Shown here piece after piece: positions 47,074-58,114 of a stretch of DNA of 64,000 nucleotides. This DNA comes from Candidatus Cloacimonadota bacterium (GTDB lineage: Bacteria > Cloacimonadota > Cloacimonadia > JGIOTU-2), in NCBI GenBank assembly GCA_030613025.1, contig JAUWMT010000008.1, positions 3,318 to 67,317 on the forward strand, written 5' to 3'. The position numbers were made by a program, and so were the translations under genes. Position 1 is the stretch's first letter, and every line of letters starts with the position of its first letter. The notes under the pieces were generated by a model that was given only the letters and a program-made list of their open reading frames with translations, was not told where the DNA came from and searched no databases.

Positions 47074-49272
47074 ATGAAGCCAATTTATCTCGACTATAAT
47101 GCAACGACACCTCTCGCACCGGAAGTGGCGGAAGCAATGAAGCCATATCTGGAAAATTATTTTGGCAATCCGTCGAGCGCTCACTGGTACGGAGTGCAGA
47201 CAAAAAAGGCAGTTGAAAACGCACGCAGGCAGGTTGCGGAACTTATTAATGCAAATCCAGATGAGATCATTTTTACAAGCGGGGGTTCGGAATCCAATAA
47301 TTTTGCAATAAAGGGGATCGCCTTTGTAAAGAGATCGCAGGGAAACCATATCATTACTTCGTCTGTAGAACATCCTGCAGTTATCGAAGTATGCGAGTAT
47401 CTCAAAACACAGGGATTTGAAATAAGCTATCTGCCAGTTGACGAATACGGAATGGTCGATCCAAATGATGTAGAAAAGGCGATCACTCCGCAGACAATAC
47501 TTATCACAATAATGCATGCAAATAATGAAGTTGGCACTATTCAGCCAGTAAGAGAAATTGCTGAGATCGCACATGTTCATGATATTATTATGCATACTGA
47601 CGCAGCCCAGTCCACAGGAAAAATTCCTGTTCTAATTGATGAGCTTGGCGTTGATCTGCTTTCCATTGCCGGTCATAAACTGTATGGACCGAAAGGGATA
47701 GGTGCACTCTATATTCGAAGAGGAGTGAAACTACAAAAGATCATTCACGGCGCAGATCATGAACAAAATTTACGAGCCGGCACAGAAAATATTTTATGTG
47801 ATGTCGGTCTGGGAAAAGCATGCGAAATAGCAGGTCAAAATTTACAGAAAAATATACAGCACATGAAAGAAATGAGGGATCTGCTTCATAAAAAAATTGA
47901 AGCTTCGGGGCTTGATTTCAGATTGAACGGTCACCCTGAAAAAAGATTACCGAACACACTCAGTCTTTCCTTCAGAAATGTGGAAGCAAATACTGTTCTT
48001 TCCGAGCTAACAGAGGTTGCGGCATCAGCAGGCGCGGCATGTCATTCCGACCAGATCGATGTGTCTACTGTACTGGAAGCAATGAAAGTACCTCTAGAAT
48101 ATGCAATGGGGACGATACGTTTTTCCACCGGTCGATTTACTACGAAAGCAGAGATAGAACAAGCTGCAGATAAGATCATAAAAGTTATCAGTAAATTTCA
48201 GGATAAAAAAGTAGAAATACCTCAACAGGATGATGCTGAGATCAAGCTCACACATTTTACTCACGGCATGGGCTGTGCTTGCAAGATAGAACCGGCTCTG
48301 CTGGAGGAAATTCTAAAAAAACTTCCAATTCCTGACGATCCTGATATTTTGGTTGGCACACAAACGTCTGACGATGCTGCCGTTTACCGGATAAATGATG
48401 AAACTGCGCTTGTAGTTACGTTGGATTTTTTCACACCAATTGCTGACGATCCTTATGAATTTGGTGCTATTGCTGCAGCAAATGCGCTAAGTGATGTTTA
48501 TGCAATGGGTGCAACTCCTTTATTCGGATTGAACATTGTCGGATTTCCCTCAAACAGATTACCTATGTCCGTATTGGAAAAAATTCTAAATGGAGCACAG
48601 GATAAAGCTCGGGAAGCAGGTATTTTCGTAATCGGCGGTCATACGATCGAGGATACAGAGCCCAAATATGGAATGGTTGTAGTCGGGCAAGTTCAGCCAA
48701 AAAAGATCTGGAAGAATGTCGGGTTGCAGAAAGATGATGTGCTTATTTTCACCAAACCCATTGGAACGGGCATTCTTTCAACTGCATTAAAAAGAGGTTT
48801 ACTCGATGAAACGCAAAAGGACTTGTTGATCTCATCAATGACAGAATTGAATAAAAAAGCTGCAAATGTACTTCAAAATTATCCGGTTCATGCATGTACT
48901 GACGTAACAGGTTTCGGACTTCTCGGGCATCTTATGGAGATGGTGCAGGGTAGCAAAGTTGCTGTTGAGATCAAAGCTGACAATGTTCCCATTCTTGATG
49001 GTGCTCTTGAATTTGCAGCCGGCAACGTCATACCGGGTGGAACGCTGTCCAATATGAAATTTGTCGAGGATATTGTTGAGTGGAGTTCAAATATTTCTCA
49101 GATCCAGAAAATCATACTGTGCGATGCTCAGACATCAGGAGGTTTGCTCGCTGCAGTTCCGGAAAAGGAATCGCAAAAGGTGCTGAAGTCATTGCATGAT
49201 TCCGGAATCACTCATGCATGTATGATAGGAAAAGTCATAGGAAGTGGTTCTGAGCTCATCAAAGTAACCTGA
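47074..49272 (+). CDS. selD: Cysteine desulfurase/Sec lyase (NifS/IscS) fused to selenide,water dikinase
   Basis: [26 protein letters not shown]; then GCACK, DDAAVY, DFFTP, ANALSDVYAMG, TDVTGFGLLGH, DAQTSGGLL. Confidence 0.93.
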   Translation: MKPIYLDYNATTPLAPEVAEAMKPYLENYFGNPSSAHWYGVQTKKAVENARRQVAELINANPDEIIFTSGGSESNNFAIKGIAFVKRSQGNHIITSSVEHPAVIEVCEYLKTQGFEISYLPVDEYGMVDPNDVEKAITPQTILITIMHANNEVGTIQPVREIAEIAHVHDIIMHTDAAQSTGKIPVLIDELGVDLLSIAGHKLYGPKGIGALYIRRGVKLQKIIHGADHEQNLRAGTENILCDVGLGKACEIAGQNLQKNIQHMKEMRDLLHKKIEASGLDFRLNGHPEKRLPNTLSLSFRNVEANTVLSELTEVAASAGAACHSDQIDVSTVLEAMKVPLEYAMGTIRFSTGRFTTKAEIEQAADKIIKVISKFQDKKVEIPQQDDAEIKLTHFTHGMGCACKIEPALLEEILKKLPIPDDPDILVGTQTSDDAAVYRINDETALVVTLDFFTPIADDPYEFGAIAAANALSDVYAMGATPLFGLNIVGFPSNRLPMSVLEKILNGAQDKAREAGIFVIGGHTIEDTEPKYGMVVVGQVQPKKIWKNVGLQKDDVLIFTKPIGTGILSTALKRGLLDETQKDLLISSMTELNKKAANVLQNYPVHACTDVTGFGLLGHLMEMVQGSKVAVEIKADNVPILDGALEFAAGNVIPGGTLSNMKFVEDIVEWSSNISQIQKIILCDAQTSGGLLAAVPEKESQKVLKSLHDSGITHACMIGKVIGSGSELIKVT

Positions 49273-49363
49273 TCCGTCGTAACATAAAAATTTCTAGATT
49301 ACACCTTTTTATTATGTGGAAACATATTGCATATTATTAGTTTGAGTAATTACGTTTTCATAT

Positions 49364-49394
49364 GCCCTCAATGAATAATTTTGAGGGCTTTTTT
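49364..49394 (+). terminator. Rho-independent terminator after nifS-selD
   Basis: GCCCTCA...TGAGGGC followed by TTTTTT. Confidence 0.7.
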
Positions 49395-49497
49395 ATCCCA
49401 ATAATTTTGAATAAGTTATTTATATTCTGTAATTTGTATAATATTTGACAAGGAAACACTGCCTTCCAATTTTTAAACAAAATTCATGCAGTTTTTC

Positions 49498-49523
49498 GCT
49501 GGTTCTCCCGACCAGCATTTTTT
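49498..49523 (+). promoter_or_regulatory. rimP leader hairpin (attenuator-like)
   Basis: GCTGGT-TCTCCCG-ACCAGC plus a T run, between a TTGACA hexamer (49445) and the rimP start. Confidence 0.55.
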
Positions 49524-49541
49524 ATATTTAGAAATGAGAGT

Positions 49542-50030
49542 ATGATCGATAAAAATGAACTAAAGAAAAGTATTGATCGCATCTGCGGTGAAACTGGTTT
49601 TCAGCTTTATGACTGGAAACTTAAACGGAGAAAAAACGCCCATAATCTGGTTGTTTATATTACAAAGCCAGGAGGTGTTTCCTTAGAAGATTGCGGGGTT
49701 TTCAGTAGAAAACTCGGTGATGAGATCGATATGAAGGATGTTATCGAAACTCGATATTATCTTGAGGTTTCTTCTCCGGGACTGGAGCGTCCGCTTTATA
49801 CACTCGATCATTTCCAGAGTGCAGTTGGCGAATTTGTGAAAGTTACTTTTCTCAAAGACGGAAAAATGCCCGAAACGATACGTGGAAAACTCTCTGATGT
49901 AAATGGACAGATGATCACCCTCGTAAGCGAAGATGACGAAGATAGATTGATCAATATATCTGCTGTACAAAAGGCAAAAACTGTGTTTGTATGGTCGAGC
50001 GCATCTTCATCAAAAAAGAAAAAGAAATAG
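49542..50030 (+). CDS. rimP: Ribosome maturation factor RimP
   Basis: GVSLEDC, YYLEVSSPGLERPL; operon position. Confidence 0.95.
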   Translation: MIDKNELKKSIDRICGETGFQLYDWKLKRRKNAHNLVVYITKPGGVSLEDCGVFSRKLGDEIDMKDVIETRYYLEVSSPGLERPLYTLDHFQSAVGEFVKVTFLKDGKMPETIRGKLSDVNGQMITLVSEDDEDRLINISAVQKAKTVFVWSSASSSKKKKK

Positions 50031-50038
50031 AGGTTATT

Positions 50039-51274
50039 ATGGCATTTAATTTGATTTCTATTATTGAAGAATTTTCCCGGCTGAAGCAGATCGACAGAAA
50101 AAAAATAGCTGAGATCATCATGGAGAGTCTGGAATCCACACTTCAAAAAAAACTTTCTGAGGAGACTGAATTTATAGTTGAGATGAATTTTGATGAAAAC
50201 GAAGTAGTGGCAAAATTCGATGCCGTAGTTGTTGAAGAATCCACAGGTTTCCTCGATGAAATAATACTTGAAGAAGCCAAAAAGATCAATCATGAAGCAG
50301 AGATCGGTGATATCATTCCTCTTGAAATGCCGGTGTCTGATTTTGGACGCAAGACAATACAGTCTGCACGTCAGGCAATAATAAATAGATTCAGAGAATC
50401 AGAAACCGAAAAGGTCAAAGTGGACTATGAAAAGCAAAAAGGGGAGATCATTTCCGGCGCTGTGAAAAAGGTTGAATATAATGGTTACATTATTGATATT
50501 GGTTTTACTGACGCACTTCTGCCAACTGAAGAACAGGTGGAAACAGAATTCTATAAAGCGGGTGATTTTCTGAAAGCTTATGTTGAAAGTATTCGTCAGT
50601 CAAAAAACGGTGTGCGTGTCATCCTTTCAAGAAAACGTCCGGAATTCATTATAAAACTTTTCGAAAACGAGATACCTGAAATAGCAGATAGTATTGTAAT
50701 GATTAAGAAAATCGTTCGGGAACCTGGTTTTAGAACAAAGGTTGCCGTTGCGAGTAATGATGAAAATGTCGATCCCTATGGAAGCTGTATCGGTACAAAA
50801 GGAATCCGTATTGAAGAGATACGTAAAGAGCTTCATGGCGAAAAGGTTGATGTTGTACTCTGGAGCGATAACTCCGAAGAATTCATAAGAAATGCTGTTG
50901 GTCCCGAACTTGTGAAGCGTGTCTATCTTGCTGATAAAGGACGATTTGCCCAGATTATCGTTAACGAAGATAATAAAAATATTGCGATTGGCAAAGGTGG
51001 CAAGAATATCAAACTTGCTGCAAAATTGACCAATTACAAACTCGATGTCCTTCTTGAAGAAGAATATGAAGAGATCGCAGCAAATGAACGCCGCATAACA
51101 AGTCCCATCTTCGATCTTGATGGAGTTGCTGAAAAGGTTGGTAATATCCTTCATGAAGCCGGATACACTTCGGTACAGGATATCCATCTTGCTTCAGTAA
51201 AAGAATTGACTCATATAGAAGGTGTGGGCGTAAAAACTGCGGAAAAGATCAAAGAATCTGCAAAATATTTTTAA
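50039..51274 (+). CDS. nusA: Transcription factor NusA
   Basis: FGR...ARQ, S1 and KH domains, REPGFRTKVAV, AIGKGGKNIKLAAKLT. Confidence 0.96.
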   Translation: MAFNLISIIEEFSRLKQIDRKKIAEIIMESLESTLQKKLSEETEFIVEMNFDENEVVAKFDAVVVEESTGFLDEIILEEAKKINHEAEIGDIIPLEMPVSDFGRKTIQSARQAIINRFRESETEKVKVDYEKQKGEIISGAVKKVEYNGYIIDIGFTDALLPTEEQVETEFYKAGDFLKAYVESIRQSKNGVRVILSRKRPEFIIKLFENEIPEIADSIVMIKKIVREPGFRTKVAVASNDENVDPYGSCIGTKGIRIEEIRKELHGEKVDVVLWSDNSEEFIRNAVGPELVKRVYLADKGRFAQIIVNEDNKNIAIGKGGKNIKLAAKLTNYKLDVLLEEEYEEIAANERRITSPIFDLDGVAEKVGNILHEAGYTSVQDIHLASVKELTHIEGVGVKTAEKIKESAKYF

Positions 51275-51495
51275 TGCCGAATAAAGCTTCGAATAAAGGT
51301 CATATACCTGTTCGAACATGTGTGATATGCAAAGAAAAAGGTTCGAAGTACTCGATGCATAGGTTCGTGATACAGAAAGGTACCATCCTCTTTGATGAGA
51401 AAAATGTGCTCGATGGAAGAGGTTATTATTACTGTGATAAGGAAAAATGCAAAGCTTCGTTAGACTCATGGTTAAAGAAAGCAAAGAAAAAGTAG
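51274..51495 (+). CDS. YlxR/DUF448 family protein
   Basis: PVRTCVIC...GRGYYYC...C; canonical position after nusA. Confidence 0.85.
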   Translation: MPNKASNKGHIPVRTCVICKEKGSKYSMHRFVIQKGTILFDEKNVLDGRGYYYCDKEKCKASLDSWLKKAKKK

Positions 51496-51779
51496 CAAAC
51501 ATGCTTCGGCTTGCAAGGAAAGCAAAAGCCGTTGCAATTGGCAGGATCGCTGTTGAAAGGAGCATCAAAAAGGGTGAAACCTTGCTCATTTTTGCAGGTA
51601 AGAAGGAAAATAATTTCATGAGAAGACGAGCACAGGATTGCATATCAAAAGGGATTAAAATATCTCATCTTTTTGATGACAGTGAATTGAGCAATATTTT
51701 TGGACGGCAAAAATTGACCCTTGTGGCAGTAATTGACAAGAATTTCACAAAGGGCATAAATGAGATTTTAGAAAGTTAA
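51468..51779 (+). CDS. L7Ae/YlxQ-family RNA-binding protein
   Basis: LRLARKAKAVAIG, ELSNIFGR...VAVIDKNF. Confidence 0.8.
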   Translation: MVKESKEKVANMLRLARKAKAVAIGRIAVERSIKKGETLLIFAGKKENNFMRRRAQDCISKGIKISHLFDDSELSNIFGRQKLTLVAVIDKNFTKGINEILES

Positions 51780-51788
51780 AGGATATAT

Positions 51789-54134
51789 ATGGATCAAATT
51801 AGAGTGTATGAGCTGGCTCGTGAACTCAAGATCTCTCCTCAGGCGCTTATCTCAATTTTGAGGACTCTGAAGGTGAAAGTTAAAAGCCACATGAGCTATA
51901 TCGAAGATGATACTGTTGCTCAAGTAAAGCAGATGTTTCAAGAACAGATGGACGCTGCAAAAGCACGACAGAAACTGAGAAAGAATTACCAGCAACAACA
52001 GCGACAGAAACGCCTTGAAAAACTGAAAAAAGAAGAAAAGAAGCAAACTCAAAAGAGAGAAGATAAAAAAGAAGAGAAGAAAGAGCCAGCTAAAAGACCT
52101 GAAAAACGCCAGGAAAAACCAAAATATCCTCCTAAAAAATACGTCCAAAAAGATAAAGAGAAACCGAGTACTGGAACTCCTAAAACTACTACTGCTAAAG
52201 ACAAAGACAAGCAAAAATCGAAATCATATAAAGATAAAAAACAGAAAATACTTGAAGAGAAGCAGAAGAGGTTCTTTGATCAGCAAAAGATCAAAGGCAA
52301 TATAAAAGCAACTCTTACACAAGATCCCAAACGCAAGAAATATAAAAAAGAAAAAACAGAAGTTGAAGAAGAAATTACAAAGATCGTTATCGGCGAATTT
52401 ACTTCAGTATCTGAACTCGCAAAGATCATGGATAAGAATCCAACTGCGATCGTTGCAAAGTTCATGGAACTGGGGAAGATGGTTACCATCAACCAACGTT
52501 TGGATAATGAATCTCTCATTATGATCTGCGATGAATTCAATTTTGATGTTGAGTTTGAAGATCAATATGGAAAAGAAATTCTTGAAGTTGATGTAGAAGA
52601 TGAAGACAAAGCTGAAGTCAAAGACCGCTCTCCTATCGTTGTCGTTATGGGTCATGTTGATCATGGTAAGACATCCATCTTGGACTATATCCGTGAAGCG
52701 AATGTTATCGCCGGCGAGGCAGGGGGCATCACACAACATATTGGAGCGTATCAAGTTGAGTTTAATGATAAAAAAATAACTTTTATTGATACTCCCGGTC
52801 ATGAAGCTTTTACTGCAATGCGTGCAAGAGGTGCTGAAGTCACTGACATCGCAGTTATTGTTATTGCTGCTGACGATGGAGTTATGCCCCAAACTATTGA
52901 AGCTATCGATCATGCAAAAGCTGCTGGAATTCCACTTATTGTTGCTATAAATAAGATTGATAAACCTACTGCTGATATCGAAAAAGTGAAGGTTCAACTC
53001 TCTCAGAAAAATATACGTCTTCAAGGATGGGGTGGTGATGTTGAATCTGTGGAATGTTCTGCAAAGACAGGTGTAGGTATCGAAGGACTGCTGGAAACAA
53101 TATTACTTGTTTCAGAAGTTGAAGAGCTTACAGCTCAATTTAATCAGAAAGCAGAAGGTACGGTTATTGAAACCAAACTCGATAAGGGCAAGGGGCCTCT
53201 TGCTACTGTACTGATACGAAATGGAGTTCTTAAACCGGGAGATATTATCATTTGCGGAGCTCAATACGGTCGTGTTCGACTTATGCTCGATGAAAGGAAA
53301 AATGAAGTTAAGGAATGCCCTCCATCCGGAGTTGTACAAGTACTTGGTTTGAACGGTGTTCCCAAAGCGGGTGATACTCTTAATGTAGTTGCTGATGAGC
53401 GCAAAGCAAAAGACATAACTTCAAAAAGGCAGCAGGTTATAAGACAGCGACAGATCGCTACAGGAAAGGGAGTTACACTCGACAATATATTTGATAAAAT
53501 TCAGGAAAGCGAGATCACTTCTCTCAATCTGATCGTAAAAGGTGATACTGACGGCTCAGTTGAAGCACTTTGTGATACACTTCAGAAAATACGTAATGAG
53601 GAAGTTGGCGTTAATGTGGTTCATCGTGCTGTAGGTGGTATTGTTGAGGCAGATATTGACCTTGCTACCGCCTCAAAAGCTATTATTATTGGATTCCATG
53701 TTCGCCCCAATGCAGAAGCCCGATCAGCTGCTGAAGTGAACCATGTGGATATACGGTTGTATGATATTATTTATGAAGCTATTGATGAAGTGAAGAAATC
53801 TCTTGAAGGATTGCTCTCCCCGATGGTCAGAGAAGAATATCTTGGAACTGCAGAGGTGAAAGAGATCTTTAAAATTTCCAAAATCGGCACCATTGCCGGA
53901 TGTATGCTCACAAAAGGAAAGATCACAAGTGATGCATTAGTAAGACTCTTCCATGATGATATCAAAGTCTATGAGGGGACTATTAAAAGTCTGAAGCGCT
54001 TCAAGAATGAAGTTAAAGAAGTAACCGAAGGGCAGGAGTGCGGAATTTCGATCGTTGATTTCAATGATATCAAGGTCGGTGACGTCATTGAAGCATTCAT
54101 AACGATCGAGGAAAAGAAAAAATTAGAATTATAA
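51789..54134 (+). CDS. infB: Translation initiation factor IF-2
   Basis: [46 protein letters not shown]. Confidence 0.98.
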   Translation: MDQIRVYELARELKISPQALISILRTLKVKVKSHMSYIEDDTVAQVKQMFQEQMDAAKARQKLRKNYQQQQRQKRLEKLKKEEKKQTQKREDKKEEKKEPAKRPEKRQEKPKYPPKKYVQKDKEKPSTGTPKTTTAKDKDKQKSKSYKDKKQKILEEKQKRFFDQQKIKGNIKATLTQDPKRKKYKKEKTEVEEEITKIVIGEFTSVSELAKIMDKNPTAIVAKFMELGKMVTINQRLDNESLIMICDEFNFDVEFEDQYGKEILEVDVEDEDKAEVKDRSPIVVVMGHVDHGKTSILDYIREANVIAGEAGGITQHIGAYQVEFNDKKITFIDTPGHEAFTAMRARGAEVTDIAVIVIAADDGVMPQTIEAIDHAKAAGIPLIVAINKIDKPTADIEKVKVQLSQKNIRLQGWGGDVESVECSAKTGVGIEGLLETILLVSEVEELTAQFNQKAEGTVIETKLDKGKGPLATVLIRNGVLKPGDIIICGAQYGRVRLMLDERKNEVKECPPSGVVQVLGLNGVPKAGDTLNVVADERKAKDITSKRQQVIRQRQIATGKGVTLDNIFDKIQESEITSLNLIVKGDTDGSVEALCDTLQKIRNEEVGVNVVHRAVGGIVEADIDLATASKAIIIGFHVRPNAEARSAAEVNHVDIRLYDIIYEAIDEVKKSLEGLLSPMVREEYLGTAEVKEIFKISKIGTIAGCMLTKGKITSDALVRLFHDDIKVYEGTIKSLKRFKNEVKEVTEGQECGISIVDFNDIKVGDVIEAFITIEEKKKLEL

Positions 54135-54137
54135 TTA

Positions 54138-54419
54138 ATGCCTGTAAAAAGCGTGCTTGTAAATTTGTATCTTCCTACATCCCATTCGCTTAAGAACAAA
54201 CGAAGTATCGTACAGAGTATTATCAAAAAACTAAAAAACCGTTATAATGCATCTGTTGCAGAGATCAGCGGACTGGATAAATGGCAGTATGCCGGTGTTG
54301 GTATCTCGATTATCTCAAACGATCCAATCATTATTGATAAGATCCATTCGGGGATCATAACTTTTATCGAGACTAACTACACCGATGTCCAGATAATAGG
54401 AATTCAGGATTACGAATAA
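54138..54419 (+). CDS. DUF503/YlxP family protein
   Basis: SHSLKNKRSIV...NASVAE...D.WQ. Confidence 0.85.
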   Translation: MPVKSVLVNLYLPTSHSLKNKRSIVQSIIKKLKNRYNASVAEISGLDKWQYAGVGISIISNDPIIIDKIHSGIITFIETNYTDVQIIGIQDYE

Positions 54420-54772
54420 TGCAGCAGCGTAGAATTGACCGGCTGAGTAAACTCCTCTTTCAATCAATTTCAAATATTGTGAGCTTTGAGCTTCGTGATA
54501 ATCGTCTGGAAGAGGTTAAAATTGACTATGTGATTGTTTCTCCTGACATGAGAGATGCAACAGTTTTCTTTTCTGTTTTTAATGATGAAAAAGAGATTTT
54601 GGCTTTAGCGGGTTTGAATAGTGCAAGCAAAGTGATCAGAAAAAAGCTCGCAGATATACTGGATCTGCGCTTCACGCCGAGATTGCATTTTAAATTCGAT
54701 AAACAGGAACATAAGGCGCAACATATCGAAGATACGATTGAGAAAGATAGAGAAAGAAATGAATCTGAATGA
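54419..54772 (+). CDS. rbfA: Ribosome-binding factor A
   Basis: VSPDMRDATVF, LRFTPRLHFKFD. Confidence 0.92.
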   Translation: MQQRRIDRLSKLLFQSISNIVSFELRDNRLEEVKIDYVIVSPDMRDATVFFSVFNDEKEILALAGLNSASKVIRKKLADILDLRFTPRLHFKFDKQEHKAQHIEDTIEKDRERNESE

Positions 54773-55733
54773 ATTCAAAGAAACCCTTTCAAAATTGATT
54801 GGAAGCCACGAAACTTTTATTCTTACCACTCATGAAAATTCTGATGGTGACGGTGTAGGCGCCGAATACGCACTTTATCTATACCTTGAAATGTTTGGGA
54901 AAAATGTTAGAATGATCAATAATGAAAAACCTTCATCACAATGTGAATTTCTTCATATTGGTAGCAAAGTTCACACCAGTATAGAAACTCTCGATAAAAA
55001 TGCTATTATTATCATGCTGGATTTCAACGAGATAAATAGAATTGGGAAAAGGTTAATTCCACTGCTTACATCGGGCAATCAGATTGTAAGGATCGATCAT
55101 CATAAGAAGCCGGAACCTATATCGATCTGCATTTCATATATTGATGATACAGCTTCTTCCACCTGCGAGCTTGTGTTCAATATTATTGAGGATGACCTTC
55201 CACATTTTCCTGAAGATGTGCAAAAAAAGATCGCACTTGCCCTTTACAGCGGCATTATCTTTGATACGAATAATTTTGCAAATAAGAATGTATCTCCCAG
55301 AACTTTTGAGGTGTGTGCTCATCTCAATGCTTATGGTGCTGATAATCATCTGGCGTATAAAAAGCTCTTTGAGAATAGAAAAACAAAAGAATTGCAGCTT
55401 CTCGGGCTTACTCTTAGTAGTATTGAAGAATTCCATAACGGAAAGGTCGTTATGTATTCGACAACTCAAAAAATGCTTCAGGATAGCGGTCTTCCGATCG
55501 AGGTTACAGAGGGTTTTTCTAAGGATGTCAAACCTACAAATGGAAGAGAGGTAGTAGTATATATTCGTGAAGCCGGCAAAGATATCTATCGAGTTTCTCT
55601 TCGTTCAAGCTATCGGAATGTCCAGAAGATCGCTGAATATTTTGATGGCGGGGGTCATGTTCTGGCATCGGGCTTTCGCGCAAAAATGAAATTAGCTGAC
55701 CTGAAATCTAAATTATTATCTCTGCTTAAATAA
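54759..55733 (+). CDS. nrnA: DHH/DHHA1 phosphoesterase (NrnA-like)
   Basis: HENSDGDGVG, IDHH, DT, SLRS, GGGH. Confidence 0.85.
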   Translation: MNLNEFKETLSKLIGSHETFILTTHENSDGDGVGAEYALYLYLEMFGKNVRMINNEKPSSQCEFLHIGSKVHTSIETLDKNAIIIMLDFNEINRIGKRLIPLLTSGNQIVRIDHHKKPEPISICISYIDDTASSTCELVFNIIEDDLPHFPEDVQKKIALALYSGIIFDTNNFANKNVSPRTFEVCAHLNAYGADNHLAYKKLFENRKTKELQLLGLTLSSIEEFHNGKVVMYSTTQKMLQDSGLPIEVTEGFSKDVKPTNGREVVVYIREAGKDIYRVSLRSSYRNVQKIAEYFDGGGHVLASGFRAKMKLADLKSKLLSLLK

Positions 55734-55742
55734 ATTTAAGTT

Positions 55743-56462
55743 ATGCAAGGTGTAATTTTTATTGATAAACCCGCTGGGATGACCTCTTTTGATGTGATCA
55801 AACGTTTGCGTGTTGTTACAGAAATTCGCAAGATAGGACATGCAGGTACATTGGATCCTTTTGCAACAGGTTTGTTAATAGTTTGTATCAGCAGGCAGGC
55901 AACGAAATATATTGATGAATTTACACAATTAGACAAAACATATACTGCGGTATTAAAGCTCGGCGAAAAAACGGACACCGCTGATATAGAAGGAAAGATT
56001 ATTGAAATTAAAGATGTACCGGATACTGTTGTCCAGAATATTGATAAAGTATTTTCTTCATTTTTAGGTGAAATAGACCAAGTTCCTCCTCAATTTTCAG
56101 CAATTAAGAAAAACGGAGTTCGGCTTTACAAAACTGCAAGAAAAGGGATTCAGGTTGAAGTTGAACCCAGGAAAGTTTTTATTCACACACTTTCATTCTT
56201 AAATTATCATAAACCTTATCTTAAATTCAGTTCAACTGTTTCAAAAGGCACTTATATTCGTTCCTTGGGTGAAGATATTGCTGCAAAGCTCGGCACTGTT
56301 GGGCATCTCACAGAATTGCGAAGAGATGCAATTGGTCCATTTTCTGTTGTCGATGCGCTAAGTTTGGAAGACATAACAGAAAGAGCTCTTGAAAATTCAA
56401 TAAAACCTATTGAAGAAATAATTGCATTGGTGCAGAAATACAAAAATGAAAGATATTCATAA
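55743..56462 (+). CDS. truB: tRNA pseudouridine(55) synthase
   Basis: DKPAGMTSFD, GHAGTLDPFATG, KGTYIRSL. Confidence 0.96.
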   Translation: MQGVIFIDKPAGMTSFDVIKRLRVVTEIRKIGHAGTLDPFATGLLIVCISRQATKYIDEFTQLDKTYTAVLKLGEKTDTADIEGKIIEIKDVPDTVVQNIDKVFSSFLGEIDQVPPQFSAIKKNGVRLYKTARKGIQVEVEPRKVFIHTLSFLNYHKPYLKFSSTVSKGTYIRSLGEDIAAKLGTVGHLTELRRDAIGPFSVVDALSLEDITERALENSIKPIEEIIALVQKYKNERYS

Positions 56463-57384
56463 GATACAAAAGCATCTGAAAAATCCTGTGGTTACGATTG
56501 GCACTTTTGATGGTGTGCATATCGGGCATAAAGCGCTTCTGACCAGAATGGTGGAACGTACAAAGGAGCTGAAGGGTGTTTCAATCGTAATCACTTATCA
56601 TCCTCATCCGATCGAGATTTTGAAGAAAAAAGTATATCCTTTCCTACTCACTGAAAAGATAAAGAAAGAACAGTTTTTGAAAGCAATTGGCATTGATTAC
56701 GTGCTTTGGCTGGATTTTGATGTGAATTTCGCTCACCTTACTCCGGAAGAGTTTGTAAAAAATTATTTATGCAAACAAATCGGAGCGAAAGAGATAATTG
56801 TCGGTTATGACTGGCATTTTGGAAAGAACCGATCCGGAGATTTTAATCTTCTGAAAAAAATGGAGCACGAACTTGATTTTCATGTTGAGATGGTCGATGA
56901 AGTTTTAATTGATGATGAAATTGTTTCCAGCACTGCTATTCGAAAATATCTAAGCGAAGGCAATATTCAACGAGCAAATAAAATGCTCGGGCGGAATTAT
57001 TGTATTATGGGGACTGTGGAAAAAGGTAATCAGATAGGCAGAGAGTTTGGGTATCCGACAAGTAATCTCAAACCTTTGGAGGTCAGAAAATTGTATCCTG
57101 CCATTGGAGTGTATTTTACGCAGATAAAATATGCTCATAATATGTTTTGGGGACTTACCAATGTGGGTACGAGACCAACGATTGATAAAAATAATCGACA
57201 GAAAAATGTGGAGACACATATTTTAGATTTTAATGAGCACATCTACGAACAGGAAATTGAATTGTTTTTTATTCAGAAAATTCGTGATGAAGTTGAATTT
57301 GAATCCATAGATGCCCTTGTCGAGCAGATCAGAAAAGACGAGATCTATGCTCGTAATATTATTGAGGAATTGAACAATGAGTAA
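56446..57384 (+). CDS. ribF: Riboflavin kinase / FAD synthetase
   Basis: GTFDGVHIGH, SSTAIR, GYPTSN, NVGTRPT. Confidence 0.96.
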   Translation: MKDIHKIQKHLKNPVVTIGTFDGVHIGHKALLTRMVERTKELKGVSIVITYHPHPIEILKKKVYPFLLTEKIKKEQFLKAIGIDYVLWLDFDVNFAHLTPEEFVKNYLCKQIGAKEIIVGYDWHFGKNRSGDFNLLKKMEHELDFHVEMVDEVLIDDEIVSSTAIRKYLSEGNIQRANKMLGRNYCIMGTVEKGNQIGREFGYPTSNLKPLEVRKLYPAIGVYFTQIKYAHNMFWGLTNVGTRPTIDKNNRQKNVETHILDFNEHIYEQEIELFFIQKIRDEVEFESIDALVEQIRKDEIYARNIIEELNNE

Positions 57385-58114
57385 TTCTGCGATCATAACT
57401 GCCGCGGGGAGCGGGCAACGGATGAACTCCTCGAAGAAGAAGCAATTTATTGAAATTGGAGGTAAGCCCATTCTGCTTCATACCCTTGATAAATTCATCC
57501 AAACGCAGTGTTTTGACAGCATAATCATAACATGTCCTGCATCGGATGTTGTATTTTTGGAGGATCTACTTTTTGACAAATTTGATTATGACCGAAATCA
57601 GATTTCAATAATTCCAGGTGGAAAAAGACGGCAGGATTCTGTGTATAATGCGTTAAAAATAATCGATGAGACAACAGAGATCGTGGCAATCCACGATAGT
57701 GTCCGTCCTTTTGTGAAAGTTTCAGAGATAGTTGAGAGTGTTGAATTAGCAAAAAAATATGGCGCAGTAACCCTTGCTCATCCTGTAAAAAATACGATAA
57801 AGCAAGTTGAAAACTATCAAGTTATTAAAACATTGGACAGAAAGAATTTGTGGGAAATCTATACTCCACAAACATTTAAGGTTAAGCTCATCAAAAAAGC
57901 TCATGAATTTGTAAAAACAAAAAACTTAACTGTTCGAGATGATGCAGAATTAGTAGAAATTTTCGGCAAAGATGTTTATGTTTTAGAGGGCTCATCCGAA
58001 AATATCAAAGTGACAAACCAGTTTGATTTAAAAATTGCTAATATGATCCTTAAAAACAGGAATAGGACACAGATAAACGCAGATGAACACGGATTAAGAA
58101 AATATAATGAATAA
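57377..58114 (+). CDS. ispD: 2-C-methyl-D-erythritol 4-phosphate cytidylyltransferase
   Basis: AAGSGQRM...KQF, GGKRRQDSV, HDSVRP, TPQ, NIKVT. Confidence 0.95.
   Translation: MSNSAIITAAGSGQRMNSSKKKQFIEIGGKPILLHTLDKFIQTQCFDSIIITCPASDVVFLEDLLFDKFDYDRNQISIIPGGKRRQDSVYNALKIIDETTEIVAIHDSVRPFVKVSEIVESVELAKKYGAVTLAHPVKNTIKQVENYQVIKTLDRKNLWEIYTPQTFKVKLIKKAHEFVKTKNLTVRDDAELVEIFGKDVYVLEGSSENIKVTNQFDLKIANMILKNRNRTQINADEHGLRKYNE

Noticed and set aside
48260..48290. SelD as a selenoprotein
   Set aside because: The active-site motif is encoded GGC TGT GCT TGC AAG (GCACK), with Cys and no TGA
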